A stretch of 63,080 nt of DNA, filler included, from Aduncisulcus paluster (GCA_024181965.1; 36 parts of 36 records of this genome joined end to end with filler, not necessarily neighbours in it), one strand, 5' to 3'. Positions 23,038 to 34,587 are shown, counted from the first letter of the whole stretch. Numbers and translations are program-made. Notes: generated by a model not told the origin, from the sequence alone.

Positions 23038-23735
23038 ATGGAATTTTTATATCCAAATGTTTTCTATATTATGCTAATCCCTTTAGTTTTGTTATTTATA
23101 CTTTTAATAACATCAAAAAGTACAATAGAAAAATATTTCTCAAAAGAGATTTTGGAAAAATTAAAAGTAAATAAAAAGTGCATGAGTAAAAAAAATCGAA
23201 ATNNNNNNNNNNNNNNNNNNNNNNTTCTTTGTACTTATTTTTTTCATTATATCACTTGCTCGTCCGGTTATGAATAAAAAAGAGCATGAAGTCAAACAAA
23301 ATCTTATACCAATAGTTATAGCTCTTGATGTTTCAAAATCAATGCTTGTAGAAGATATATATCCAAGTAGAATAGAGATGGCAAAAAAGAAATTACAAAA
23401 TATCATTGAAAAAAGTATGAATAGTACAATAGGAATAGTTCTTTTTGCAAAGGATTCGTTTATCTTATCTCCTGTTACAGAAGACTTTATCTCTTTAAAA
23501 TATATTGTAGATAATATTGATACAAACTTAAACTTTGTAAATGGGTCAAATATATTTTCTATTTTGGAAGCTACAAAATACATGCTTGAAGATTTTAAAG
23601 TGAAAAATCTCGTTATATTAAGTGATGGTGGAAATGAAGATGACTATGAGGAGGAACTTTTATTTGCAAAAGAGAATGATATTGTTATTTATAGTATAGG
23701 AATTGCTACGCAAGAGGGCGCTCCAATTCCAAATA
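23038..23735 (+). CDS. VWA domain protein (BatB-like), partial
   Basis: MEFLYP, LARP, ALDVSKSM, PSR, LSDG, GAPIP. Confidence 0.85.
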
Positions 23736-23920
23736 NNNNNNNNNNNNNNNNNNNNNNNNNNNNNNNNNNNNNNNNNNNNTTAATTAATTAANNNNNNNNN
23801 NNNNNNNNNNNNNNNNNNNNNNNNNNNNNNNNNNNAAACTATCGTCAGGATCGATAAAAACACTCCACCGGAGCCGCCCTGAAATTGGGCCGCTCCGCTA
23901 TTGCGCGAGGGGGTTCCCCC

Positions 23921-24100
23921 ATGGGCCGCGGCCGGGCAAAGGCAAAGCAGACCAAGGTTGCTCGCGAGCTGAAATACAGCTCTCCTAACACGGATCTCGA
24001 GCAACTCCGCCGTGAACTTTCCGGCGCTCCGGTATCTCAGCCGGATGACGACCGCGCCAGCGACCGCTGGACGGACGACGAGGACGCCTGGCGCCGGTAA
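23921..24100 (+). CDS. DUF3073 family protein
   Basis: MGRGRAKAKQTKVARELKYSSP; convergent with purM as in mycobacteria. Confidence 0.92.
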   Translation: MGRGRAKAKQTKVARELKYSSPNTDLEQLRRELSGAPVSQPDDDRASDRWTDDEDAWRR

Positions 24101-24117
24101 CGGCCCTTCGGTAATCC

Positions 24118-24144
24118 CACCCGAGGTTCTTAGAACCTCGGGTG
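24118..24144. terminator. Perfect 13-bp inverted repeat over the purM stop
   Basis: CACCCGAGGTTCT-T-AGAACCTCGGGTG between convergent genes. Confidence 0.65.
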
Positions 24145-25110
24145 CTGTCCCACGAGTAAGGCACTTTCGCTGCCTGAATCCTTGCCCGACTTCTTCTTGA
24201 TGGCGCCAAGGGTCCAGCAGTCGATGTGTCGTGCGGTCAGGACCGCGAGTGCCCTGTCGACGTCTTCGGGTGCGACGACGGCGACCATGCCGACGCCCAT
24301 GTTGAAGGTCTTTTCCATCTCGGCGCGCTCGATGCGGCCGCGCTGGGCGATCATCGCGAAGATCGGACCGGGAGTCCAACTACCCCTGTCGAGTTCGGCG
24401 ACCAATCCGTCGGGGATCACGCGGGCGAGATTGCCCGCGAGCCCGCCACCGGTGACGTGGCAGAAGGTCCGCACCTCGGTCTCGGCGGCCAGCGCCAGGC
24501 AGTCCTTGGCGTAGATGCGGGTGGGCTCCAGGAGCTCCTCACCGAGAGTGCGGCCGAACTCCTCGACCTGTCCGAACAGGTCCATCCGGTCGATTTCGAG
24601 TAGCACGTGCCGTGCCAACGAGTACCCATTGGAATGCAGTCCCGAGGATCGCATCGCGATGACGACATCGCCCGGACGCACCCGGTCGGGTCCCAGCACC
24701 CGGTCGGCCTCCACCACGCCCACTCCGGTGGCCGACAGGTCGAAGTCATCGGGGGCCATCAGGCCNNNNNNNNNNNNNNNNNNNNNNNNNNNNNNNNNNN
24801 NNNNNNNNNNCTTGCCGACGGCGATGTAGTCCTGCAGGAAGAGCGGCTCGGCCCCGCACACGACCAGGTCATCGACGACCATGGCCACCAGATCGAGGCC
24901 GACGGTGTCGCGTTTGTCCATGGCCTGGGCGACGGCGATCTTGGTGCCGACGCCATCGGTGGAGGCTGCCAGCACCGGCTCGCGGTATCCGCCCTTGAGG
25001 GCGAACAGCCCGGCGAAGCCGCCGATACCGCCCAGCACCTCAGGGCGATGCGTCTTGGCGACGGATTTCTTGAACAGCTCGACCGCCCGGTCACCGGCTT
25101 CGATATCCAC
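24130..25110 (-). CDS. purM: AIR synthetase (5' partial)
   Basis: [40 protein letters not shown]. Confidence 0.97.
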   Translation of the reverse strand: MDIEAGDRAVELFKKSVAKTHRPEVLGGIGGFAGLFALKGGYREPVLAASTDGVGTKIAVAQAMDKRDTVGLDLVAMVVDDLVVCGAEPLFLQDYIAVGKXXXXXXXXXXXXXXXGLMAPDDFDLSATGVGVVEADRVLGPDRVRPGDVVIAMRSSGLHSNGYSLARHVLLEIDRMDLFGQVEEFGRTLGEELLEPTRIYAKDCLALAAETEVRTFCHVTGGGLAGNLARVIPDGLVAELDRGSWTPGPIFAMIAQRGRIERAEMEKTFNMGVGMVAVVAPEDVDRALAVLTARHIDCWTLGAIKKKSGKDSGSESALLVGQHPRF

Positions 25111-25299
25111 NNNNNNNNNNNNNNNNNNNNNNNNNNNNNNNNNNNNNNNNNNNNTTAATTAATTAANNNNNNNNNNNNNNNNNNNNNNNNNNNNNNNNNN
25201 NNNNNNNNNNTGTCAGCACGAAGTTCTGAGTTTCCCGCGACTGCCCGAGACCAGCGAGCAGCCGGTCATACTCCGGCACATCCCGCTAACGTGGCGCAC

Positions 25300-26661
25300 A
25301 TGACGCACCCGTCCACGTCATTGCTTACCGACAAATACGAGCTCACCATGCTTGCCGCGGCACTACGCGACGGCACTGCGGGGCGTCGCGCCACCTTCGA
25401 AGTGTTCGCCAGAAGGCTCCCCGACGGCCGCCGATACGGGGTGGTCGCCGGGACCGGCCGGTTGCTCGAGGCACTCGCCGAGTTCCGATTCGGATCCGAC
25501 GAATTGAAATCGCTATCCACATTTCTGGACGGCGATTCTCTCGAGTACCTCGCCGCATACCGATTCAGTGGCGATATCGACGGCTACCCCGAGGGCGAGC
25601 TCTACTTTCCCGGCTCCCCCGTGCTCACCCTGCGCGGCACCTTCGCCGAGTGCGTCATTCTCGAGACCCTGACCCTGTCGATCCTGAACCACGACAGCGC
25701 CGTCGCCTCGGCTGCCGCCCGCATGGTGTCGGCGGCCGGGGGCCGCCCGCTCATCGAGATGGGGTCTCGGCGCACCCACGAGCTGGCGGCGGTGGCCTGT
25801 GCCCGCGCGGCCTATCTCGCGGGATTCGAGTCGACGTCCAATCTGGAGGCGCAGCGCCGCTACGGTGTGCCCGCACGNNNNNNNNNNNNNNNNNNNNNNN
25901 NNNNNNNNNNNNNNNNNNNNNNNNNNNNNNNNNNNNNNNNNNNNNNNNNNNNNNNNNNNNNNNNNNNNNNNNNNNNNNNNNNGAGTCCCGGCGAGGCCGA
26001 GCGAGAGGCATTTCGGGCCCAGGTGGAGGCGCTCGGCGTCGGCACCACCTTGCTGGTCGACACCTACGACATCACCGCAGGAGTGGAGAACGCCATCGCC
26101 GTGGCGGGACCCGAACTCGGAGCGGTGCGCATCGATTCGGGTGATCTGGGCGTGCTGGCCCGGCAGGTTCGGGCGCAATTGGACACGCTGGGCGCGCATC
26201 GAACCCGCATTGTCGTCTCCGGAGACCTCGACGAATACTCCATTGCCGCGCTACGCGCCGAGCCCGTCGACATCTACGGGGTGGGCACCTCCGTGGTGAC
26301 CGGCTCGGGAATGCCGACCGCCGGCATGGTCTACAAACTCGTCGAAATCGACGGCATCCCCGTGGCTAAACGCAGCAGCCACAAGGAATCTCACGGCGGT
26401 CACAAGTGCGCCCTGCGCATCGCCAAGCCGACGGGCACCATCACCGAAGAAGTGGTGTACCGCGCGGCCACCGGTCAACCGGTGGTCACCGAGCCGCACC
26501 GGACGCTGACCAGCGCACTGGTGCGCGGCGGCAGGCCCGTCGCCACCGATTCACTCGAAGACGCGCGCGAGCGCGTACGCACCGGACTGTTGAGCCTGCC
26601 GTGGGAAGGGTTGGGCCTTTCCCACGGGGATCCTGCGATTGTCACCCGCCTGGTGGGATAA
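25300..26661 (+). CDS. pncB: Nicotinate phosphoribosyltransferase
   Basis: LLTDKYELTM, EMGSRRTH, LLVDTYD, RIDSGD, SGDLDE, GVGT. TAACGT lies 7 nt before ATG 25300. Confidence 0.95.
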   Translation: MTHPSTSLLTDKYELTMLAAALRDGTAGRRATFEVFARRLPDGRRYGVVAGTGRLLEALAEFRFGSDELKSLSTFLDGDSLEYLAAYRFSGDIDGYPEGELYFPGSPVLTLRGTFAECVILETLTLSILNHDSAVASAAARMVSAAGGRPLIEMGSRRTHELAAVACARAAYLAGFESTSNLEAQRRYGVPAXXXXXXXXXXXXXXXXXXXXXXXXXXXXXXXXXXXXSPGEAEREAFRAQVEALGVGTTLLVDTYDITAGVENAIAVAGPELGAVRIDSGDLGVLARQVRAQLDTLGAHRTRIVVSGDLDEYSIAALRAEPVDIYGVGTSVVTGSGMPTAGMVYKLVEIDGIPVAKRSSHKESHGGHKCALRIAKPTGTITEEVVYRAATGQPVVTEPHRTLTSALVRGGRPVATDSLEDARERVRTGLLSLPWEGLGLSHGDPAIVTRLVG

Positions 26662-26679
26662 TTCGGGGCCGGAGGTTAC

Positions 26680-27401
26680 ATGGCAGCCAGAAGGCAATGG
26701 GCGGGAACCACTCCCGAGGAGCGTCGAGCGACGCGTCGACGCGCACTGCTCGACGCGGGTATCGCCGCGCTCGGCGCCATCGACGGGCCGGCCCTGACCA
26801 TCCGCACCGTGTGTCGATCTTCCGGTGTGTCCGAACGCAATTTCTACGAAGAGTTNNNNNNNNNNNNNNNNNNNNNNNNNNNNNNNNNNNNNNNNNNNNN
26901 NNNNNNNNNNNNNNNNNNNNNNNNNNNNNNNNNNNNNNNNCTTCGTGCGTGCGGTGTACCAGGACGTGCTCGAATCGGTGATGCGAGTCGTCACCGAATT
27001 CGCCGCAGAGGGCGATGATTTGGAGACTCGCGCAGTGGAGACCTTCATCGGGGCCACTGTCGACAACCCCGTCTACGGACGCATCCTGATGGTGGCCCCG
27101 TTCACCGAGCCGACCCTCGGCAGCGCCGGGTTCGCGGGTTCGCTTGCCTTCGCCTCACTTGCCGAGAAGGCGCTGATCGATGTCGATGATCCGGGACGCC
27201 GCCGATTCCTGTCGGTATCGCTCGTCGGCGCCGNNNNNNNNNNNNNNNNNNNNACGCCGCCGATTCCTGTCGGTATCGCTCGTCGGCGCCGCCTCGGGCG
27301 CCATCATCGACTATCTGCGCGGAGATCTGGCCATCAGCCGTGACGAGCTCATCGACTACATCTCGCGCATGGGGCGCCAGGTGTCGGCAATCTTCGATTG
27401 A
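26680..27401 (+). CDS. TetR/AcrR family regulator
   Basis: WAG...ERRATRRRALLDAG...LTIRTVCRSSGVSERNFYEE HTH. Confidence 0.9.
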
Positions 27402-27426
27402 GCCCCGACCGGGGTACCGTCGATCC

Positions 27427-27981
27427 ATGGGTAGGGCACTTATCGTCGTCGACGTGCAGAACGACTTCTGCGAAGGCGGCTCGCTGTCCGTACCCGGCGG
27501 CGCCGCCCTTGCCCAGACGCTGAACGCTCTCACTGACTCCGGCGTCTACGACGCGGTGGTGGCAACTCGCGACCACCACGTGGACCCCGGCGATCACTTC
27601 TCCGAGACACCAGATTTCCAGACGAGCTGGCCCCCACATTGCCGGGCGGGCACGCCCGGCGCCGAGTTTCATCCCGACCTGGACCTGGCCCCCGTTGATG
27701 AGGTGTTCTCCAAAGGCGCATACAGCGCGGCCTATTCGGGATTCGAGGGCGTCTCCACCGACGGCACCACGTTGTCGACATGGCTACAGAGCCGCCAACT
27801 GAACAGCGTCGACGTGGTCGGTATCGCGACCGACTACTGCGTGGCCGCCACCGCCCACGACGCGGCACGCGAGGGACTGCACACTCGGGTACTTACCGCG
27901 TATTGCGTTGGTATTGACGCAGAATCGGTTGATCGCGCACTGGACGAGCTCCAGGGTGCCGGCGTCGAGGTGATCCGCTGA
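27427..27981 (+). CDS. pncA: Nicotinamidase/pyrazinamidase
   Basis: ALIVVDVQNDFCEGGSL, WPPHC, KG....YSGF, GIATDYCV. TACCGT lies 6 nt before the ATG. Confidence 0.95.
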   Translation: MGRALIVVDVQNDFCEGGSLSVPGGAALAQTLNALTDSGVYDAVVATRDHHVDPGDHFSETPDFQTSWPPHCRAGTPGAEFHPDLDLAPVDEVFSKGAYSAAYSGFEGVSTDGTTLSTWLQSRQLNSVDVVGIATDYCVAATAHDAAREGLHTRVLTAYCVGIDAESVDRALDELQGAGVEVIR

Positions 27982-27989
27982 ATCAGAAA

Positions 27990-29156
27990 TTGGGCGACGC
28001 ATCCGCATCCGCGACCGGCCTGCTCGCCACCGCTGTCGCGGCACTCGGCGGCACCGAGCGCGCCGGACAGCTCACCATGGCCACCGCCGTCGAACATTCC
28101 CTGTATAGCGGTGAGCATCTTGTGGTCCAGGCAGGTACCGGCACCGGGAAGTCCCTGGCATACCTGGTGCCGGCTCTGGCGCACGCGATCGAAACGTCGT
28201 CGCCGGTGGTGGTCTCCACGGCGACCATTGCGCTCCAACGCCAGCTGGTGGATCGCGATCTGCCTCGCCTCGCCGAGGCGCTGACACCTTCACTGGCCCG
28301 CAAGCCGAGGTTCGCGATCCTCAAGGGCCGGGGAAATTACCTGTGCCTCAATAAGTTGCANNNNNNNNNNNNNNNNNNNNNNNNNNNNNNNNNNNNNNNN
28401 NNNNNNNNNNNNNNNNNNNNNNNNNNNNNNNNNNNNNNNNNNNNNNNNNNNNNNNNNNNNNNNNNNNNNNNNNNNNNNNNNNNNNNNNNNNNNNNNNNNN
28501 NNNNNNNNNNNNNNNNNNNNNNNNNNNNNNNNNNNNNNNNNNCGGGGAAATTACCTGTGCCTCAATAAGTTGCACAACGGTGCCGCGTCCGACCAAGAGG
28601 CGCCCGACACCCTGTTCGAGCCCTTCGCGGCCAGCGCCCTCGGCCGCGACGTCCAGCGGCTCAACGAATGGGCGGACACCACCAAAACCGGGGATCGGGA
28701 CGAGCTCAAGCCCGGTGTGCCCGACCGGTCCTGGTCGCAGGTCAGCGTGTCGGCACGCGAATGCCTCGGCGCCACCCGGTGCCCGTTCGGCACGGAGTGC
28801 TTCGCCGAGCTGGCACGGCTCGATGCCGGACAGTCCGATGTCGTGGTCACCAATCACGCACTGTTGGCCATCGATGCCATCGCCGATATCAACATCCTGC
28901 CCGAGCATGACGCGGTGATCGTCGATGAGGCACACGACCTTGTCGACAGGGTCACAAGCGTTGCCACCCAGGAACTCTCGGCAGTCGGGCTCACCGTCAC
29001 CATCCGGCGCATCGGCCGCCTGGTGTCACCCGAGACGGCGAGCCGGTTCGAAGCGAGTTCGGCGACATTCTCTTCGCTCATCCACGACAGCAGGCCCGGC
29101 ACCATCGACCGGGCGGACGAGGAGACCGTCACCTACCTGACCGCGCTGCGCGATGC
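27990..29156 (+). CDS. dinG: DinG-family ATP-dependent helicase (partial)
   Basis: Q motif, AGTGTGKS, LKGRGNYLC, Fe-S cysteines, VTNHALL, DEAH. Confidence 0.93.
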
Positions 29157-29345
29157 NNNNNNNNNNNNNNNNNNNNNNNNNNNNNNNNNNNNNNNNNNNN
29201 TTAATTAATTAANNNNNNNNNNNNNNNNNNNNNNNNNNNNNNNNNNNNNNNNNNNNCTGGTGAATCGGGTCGGTCGGTTCTACCAGGCGACGCGCCGGCA
29301 TCGCATCGAAAATTCGATAGCCGTGGTCAGTCCGGGGGAGCTTTC

Positions 29346-29432
29346 ATGAATGGCATGCCGCAGTCCCGGGTGACGTTGGCGCTGGTTGCGCTGGCGGTTC
29401 TGGTGATCGTCGCCTGGCTGTTGAGCCGGTAG
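29346..29432 (+). CDS. 28-aa single-TM small protein
   Basis: GGGGAG RBS, ATGA overlap with the upstream partial ORF; MNGMPQSRVTLALVALAVLVIVAWLLSR. Confidence 0.6.
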   Translation: MNGMPQSRVTLALVALAVLVIVAWLLSR

Positions 29433-29500
29433 TCACTGTCTGTTGATGTAATAGTGCTTCTACCTGCCGGTTCGACCGTAAAGACCGCATCAAGGGCCTC

Positions 29501-29509
29501 TGCTACGCT
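29501..29509 (+). promoter_or_regulatory. Extended -10 box of a leaderless transcript
   Basis: TGc-TACGCT, ending 7 nt before ATG 29517. Confidence 0.7.
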
Positions 29510-29516
29510 TCCGCTC

Positions 29517-29612
29517 ATGCATTCCGCAGCCCCGGGTAACCGTGTGCGCCACATTCTGGCGCTCATTGCGGTCGGTACATGCGCGGTCGCAGACGTTCAC
29601 TGTTGTCGCTAA
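29517..29612 (+). CDS. Cys-rich leader peptide (Ms4533A-like) of the sulfate uptake operon
   Basis: MHSAAPGNRVRHILALIAVGTCAVADVHCCR; leaderless geometry; upstream of subI. Confidence 0.85.
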   Translation: MHSAAPGNRVRHILALIAVGTCAVADVHCCR

Positions 29613-29744
29613 ACCCATCCCGTTCGCGGTTTGGTGTCGGTAGCGGCTAGTTCGAAGCCCACTGGCTGTTTCGCTACCTTTCTGTCGTTACGGGATTTCA
29701 TGAGATATCCGTCCAGGTAATCGCTATCCCACGAAAGGCATCCC

Positions 29745-30909
29745 ATGTTCTCCCCCTTGATCAACGTCGCGAAGACGGTCGGCGCCCGCCGGTGGCGCCA
29801 CATCGGAGTTCTTGCCACAGCGGCAACAGTTCTCGCCGCCTGCGGTGGGGGAGCCAGCGATGTCGCCGGAGGCGACTCACACTCGAACGCGGACACCACG
29901 CTGACGTTGGTTGCCTACGCCGTGCCGGAGCCGGGTTGGCAGAAGATCATTCCCGCCTTCGCGAGTACTCCCGAGGGCAAGGGCGTCGCGGTGACGACTT
30001 CCTATGGGGCGTCCGGGGACCAGTCCCGCGCCGTGGTCGATGGCAAGCCCGCCGACATCGTGAACTTCTCGGTGGAACCCGACGTGAGCCGTCTGGTCAA
30101 GGCGGGCAAGGTTTCCGAGGACTGGAATGCCGATGCCACCAAGGGGGTTCCGTTCGGATCGGTGGTCTCGCTCGTGGTGCGCAAGGGCAATCCCAAGAAC
30201 ATCAAGGACTGGGACGATCTGCTGCAGCCCGGCATCTCGGTGATCACCCCCAGCCCGTTGAGCTCGGGCTCGGCCAAGTGGAACCTGTTGGCGCCGTATG
30301 CGGCCAAGAGCGACGGCGGCCGTGACGAGCAGGCGGGTATCNNNNNNNNNNNNNNNNNNNNNNNNNNNNNNNNNNNNNNNNNNNNNNNNNNNNNNNNNNN
30401 NNNNNNNNNNNNNNNNNNNNNNNNNNNNNNNNNNNNNNNNNNNNNNNNNNNNNNNNNNNNNNNNNNNNNNNNNNNNNNNNNNNNNNNNNNNCGACTACAT
30501 CAGCAAGCTCGTCGGCGAGCACATCAAGCAGCGTCCCGGTTCCGGGCGTGAGGCCACCGATGTGTTCCTGCAGGGCAGCGGTGACGTGCTGATCAGCTAC
30601 GAGAACGAGGCCATCAACGTCGAACGTCAGGGCAAGCCCGTCGAGCACGTCAACCCGCCGCAGACGTTCAAGATCGAGAACCCCGTTGCCGTCGTGAAGA
30701 ACAGTGCCCACCTGGACAAGGTGACCGCCCTGAAGAACTTCCTGTACACGCCGGCAGCGCAGAAGCTATGGGCCGAGGCAGGTTTCCGCCCCGTCGATCC
30801 GGCCGTCACGGCAGACTTCGCCAAGGACTTCCCCACACCGGAGAAGCTCTGGACCATCGCCGAGCTGGGTGGCTGGAAGACCGTCGATCCGGCATTGTTC
30901 GATAAGGAC
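29745..30909 (+). CDS. subI: Sulfate ABC transporter substrate-binding lipoprotein (partial)
   Basis: LAAC lipobox, SYGASGDQSR, VRKGNPKNIKDWDDL, SSGSAKWN, YENEA. Confidence 0.93.
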
Positions 30910-31037
30910 NNNNNNNNNNNNNNNNNNNNNNNNNNNNNNNNNNNNNNNNNNNNTTAATTAATTAANNNNNNNNNNNNNNNNNNNNNNNNNNNNNNNNNNN
31001 NNNNNNNNNTATAAATGAATTATAAAAGGAAAAATTG

Positions 31038-31514
31038 ATGAAAAATATCTTTTTGGTAATTTTTACATTACTTGTGACAAGTTGTGTAATGAAACCAACA
31101 CAAGTGCATTTAAATAAACATGTCACTACTATTGGTATACATGTATCTAATAATAATGATGAAGGATTTAAAGATAAACTTTACACAAGATTAGGTAAAA
31201 ATAAAGTCTTAAAGTCATCAAGCAACCAATTAATTGTAAATGTTATTCAAAATGAAGTAGTACATACAATATATAAAAAGAAAATTTATGTTAAAAACGA
31301 TATTTATACCTATAAAATTTGTTATGTAGATACTCACAATTTTACAGTGGATTTAGAATACGCAAAAAATAGTAAAATAGTGGCAAAAGAATTAGTAAAA
31401 ACAACTACTGTAAATGATAGTTGTGATAGTTATATACTTGAAGATTATAAAGCATATACTATTGAAAAAAACATGGATAAAATTATTAAAATTTTAAATC
31501 AACACTCACAATAA
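31038..31514 (+). CDS. Hypothetical lipoprotein
   Basis: AAGGA RBS; lipobox VTSC. Confidence 0.7.
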   Translation: MKNIFLVIFTLLVTSCVMKPTQVHLNKHVTTIGIHVSNNNDEGFKDKLYTRLGKNKVLKSSSNQLIVNVIQNEVVHTIYKKKIYVKNDIYTYKICYVDTHNFTVDLEYAKNSKIVAKELVKTTTVNDSCDSYILEDYKAYTIEKNMDKIIKILNQHSQ

Positions 31515-31561
31515 GACCTAATAATATCTTCATTTAATTTCCTTTTTTATTTTAGAAGTGA

Positions 31562-32212
31562 CTACCAACCCTCTACTCTTTGAAATACCTTATCTGGTAT
31601 CACAAGCTCACCACCAGAATTTTTAAAATCTCTAGCTAACTGTTCAATACCTTTTTTAAATTTATCTGCATAACTATGCTTACCGAAACGAATCGTACAG
31701 TGCTTACCATTATAGTACGCCAAAAACGCATTTCAATTAAACGGTGTGTTGCATAATAATAAGAGGTGATAAATAAAATAACACTTACAATATAAGCCAT
31801 AGTAGAACCNNNNNNNNNNNNNNNNNNNNNNNNNNNNNNNNNNNNNNNNNNNNNNNNNNNNNNNNNNNNNNNNNNNNNNNNNNNNNNNNNNNNNNNNNNN
31901 NNNNNNNNNNNNNNNNNNNNNNNNNNNNNNNNNNNNNNNNNNNNNNNNNNNNNNNNNNNNNNNNNNNNNNNNNNNNNNNNNNNNNNNNNNNNNNNNNNNN
32001 NNNNNNNNNNNNNNNNNNNNNNNNNNNNNNNNNNNNNNNNNNNNNNAACAAGCCATGATAAAAAAAATAATGGCTTTAATATATTTAGGTTCAGTAATGG
32101 TATCTTTTCTGATTTCACCTGTAATAGTTTCTACCTTAAATACTTTTTTCTTTTTTTCGCTTATATATCCCTCTTCTGTTACTTTAAACCCTTTTTCTTT
32201 ATAGTAAACCAT
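31562..32212 (-). CDS. Hypothetical membrane protein, gapped and apparently frameshifted near 31730
   Basis: AAGGAG RBS, MVYYKEKGFKVTEEG..., TM segments; a second frame ends ...VFQRVEGW*. Confidence 0.45.
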
Positions 32213-32474
32213 TATAATCTCCTTTTGTAATATTTATATAAAGAATTATATATTTATTATGATTAAGTCTATTCTAACAAGTTNNNNNNNNNNNNNNNNN
32301 NNNNNNNNNNNNNNNNNNNNNNNNNNNNNNNNNNNNNNNNNNNNNNNNNNNNNNNNNNNNNNNNNNNNNNNNNNNNNNNNNNNNNNNNNNNNNNNNNNNN
32401 NNNNNNNNNNNNNNNNNNNNNNNNNNNNNNNNNNNNNNNNNNNNNNNNNNNCTTTTAAAAATCATTTTCTGGAT

Positions 32475-32690
32475 TTATAACTCAACTAAAAATCTTCCTT
32501 TGGTGATGGCTGTTTTGAGTTCATGCATGATATTTCTTATAAAAACATCTTTTGCATTTTCTTTTAAAAAATCTAGACACATATTTGTATCTCCAACAGA
32601 ATCAATTTTTTCTTGAAGTTTAGATAATGGAGAAAGTTTTTTATATACAATATTCTTACTTTGAGTGGGAGTATTTCCAATGCAAAGATA
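32475..32690 (-). pseudogene. Remnant of an ArsS/CprS-like sensor histidine kinase
   Basis: KKLSPLSKLQEKI...FIRNIMHELKTAITKGRFLVEL* contains an H-box but stops directly after it. Confidence 0.6.
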
Positions 32691-32737
32691 CTTTTAACAC
32701 AAAAAAGATATAATTATTTAAACTATAAAGGACTTAT

Positions 32738-32853
32738 ATGCAACTTTCAGAAGATATTAAACATATGAATATGACTGATAAATTTATCATAATGGAACAG
32801 CTTTGGGAAGAGATGAGTCAAAATGTCGAAGATGATAGATTTACTCCACATTG
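32738..32853 (+). CDS. Putative addiction module antitoxin (TIGR02574-like), partial
   Basis: MQLSEDIKHMNMTDKFIIMEQLWEEM...TPH, with the characteristic E.LW..P.W pattern. Confidence 0.75.
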
Positions 32854-32953
32854 NNNNNNNNNNNNNNNNNNNNNNNNNNNNNNNNNNNNNNNNNNNNTTA
32901 ATTAATTAANNNNNNNNNNNNNNNNNNNNNNNNNNNNNNNNNNNNNNNNNNNN

Positions 32954-34587
32954 TCGATATCGATATCGATATCCAACACCGGCGATCCTTGTCGCAGTGT
33001 GATCCGTTGTACAACAAGCGAATTCCCGAAAGAACGTTCGATGACCAGCGTGTCGTCCACAACGGCGACCGACTCCGCCGACGTCAGATTGGTGACGGTG
33101 TTGCGGTAGAAACCGTCGATATCCCAGGCATCCCATTGGTTCGGGGTATCGCGGTGCAATTGCAGCAGGTTTCCGGGCGCCGCCATGGCCTCGCGTCCGC
33201 TGGCGGCGTCGACGAGTGAGACCAACAGGCCATCGGTATCGAAGGTGGCAGCGAGGACCCCGTTGTCCAGCCGGAATCCTCCCTGAATCGTTGTGGGAGT
33301 GACCCGTTGCGGTTGATCGGCGGCGGCCGCGCCCAGCGCGGGCACCCCATCGCGATGGTGTGGCGTGGCGTTGAAGACCAGCCGCTGGTCGCCCGTGCCT
33401 GCCAAAGCTCCGATCGCGGACTCGATGATGGTTTCGAGTCTCTTCGCGATCGCCGCATAGTTGCGTTCAGCATCCCTGTGTACCCAGGCGATGGAGCTGC
33501 CCGGCAGGATGTCGTGGAACTGCTGCAGTAGTACCAACTTCCAGATCTCGTCGAGCTCTGCGTACGGGTACTGCCAACCTGCGCGCACCGCGGCGGTCGC
33601 AGCCCACAGCTCGGCCTCACGCAGCAGATGCTCGCTGCGGCGGTTGCCCTGTTTCGTGTTCGCTTGTGAGGTGTAGGTACCGCGGTGCAGCTCGAGGTAG
33701 AGCTCGCCGGACCAGCGCGGCGGGTTGACGTATTCGGCTTGGGCGGCCGCGAAGAACTCTGCGGGGGTGCCCAGGGTGACCGTCGGCGATCCTTCCAGGG
33801 AACGCTTCCGCGTGGNNNNNNNNNNNNNNNNNNNNNNNNNNNNNNNNNNNNNNNNNNNNNNNNNNNNNNNNNNNNNNNNNNNNNNNNNNNNNNNNNNNNN
33901 NNNNNNNNNNNNNNNNNNNNNNNNNNNNNNNNNNNNNNNNNNNNNNNNNNNNNNNNNNNNNNNNNNNNNNNNNNNNNNNNNNNNNNNNNNNNAGGCCAGC
34001 ATTTCGCGAGTGGGACCGCCGCCGCCGTCTCCGTAACCGAAGGGCACCAGCGACATGGTGCCCGCGCCGGAATCACGATAGTTGCGCTGGGCGTGGGCAA
34101 GATCGCCGCCGCCGAGGTCAGAGTTGTAGGTGTCCACGGGCGGGAAGTGCGTGAATACCCCGGTCCCGTCAATGCCCTCCCAGATGAAGGTGTGATGCGG
34201 CATCCGATTCACGGAGTTCCACGAAATCTTCTGTGTCAAAAAGTATTCCGAGCCGGAGGCGGCGACGATCTGAGGCATGGCAGCGGAGTAGCCGAACGAA
34301 TCGGGTAACCACACCTCCGGTGTGTCGATTCCGAATTCATCCAGAAAGAACTGCTTACCGGCCACGAACTGGCGGGCCATCGCCTCCGCACCGGGCATGT
34401 TGGTATCGGCCTCCACCCACATGCCGCCCACTGGAATGAACTGTCCCGCAGCGACCTTCTCCTTGATGCGGGCGAACAGGCTCGGGTACTTGTCTTTGAT
34501 CCACGCGTACTGCTGCGCCGAGGAACAGGCGAACCGGAAGTCCGGGTGCCGATCCATCAGGTCGACCATGTTGGAGAAGGTTCGCGC
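32954..34587 (-). CDS. Alpha-mannosidase, GH38 (partial)
   Basis: GGMWVEAD, WLPDSFGY, GYGDGGGGPT, GELYLELHRGTYTSQ, QFHDILPGSS. Confidence 0.95.
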
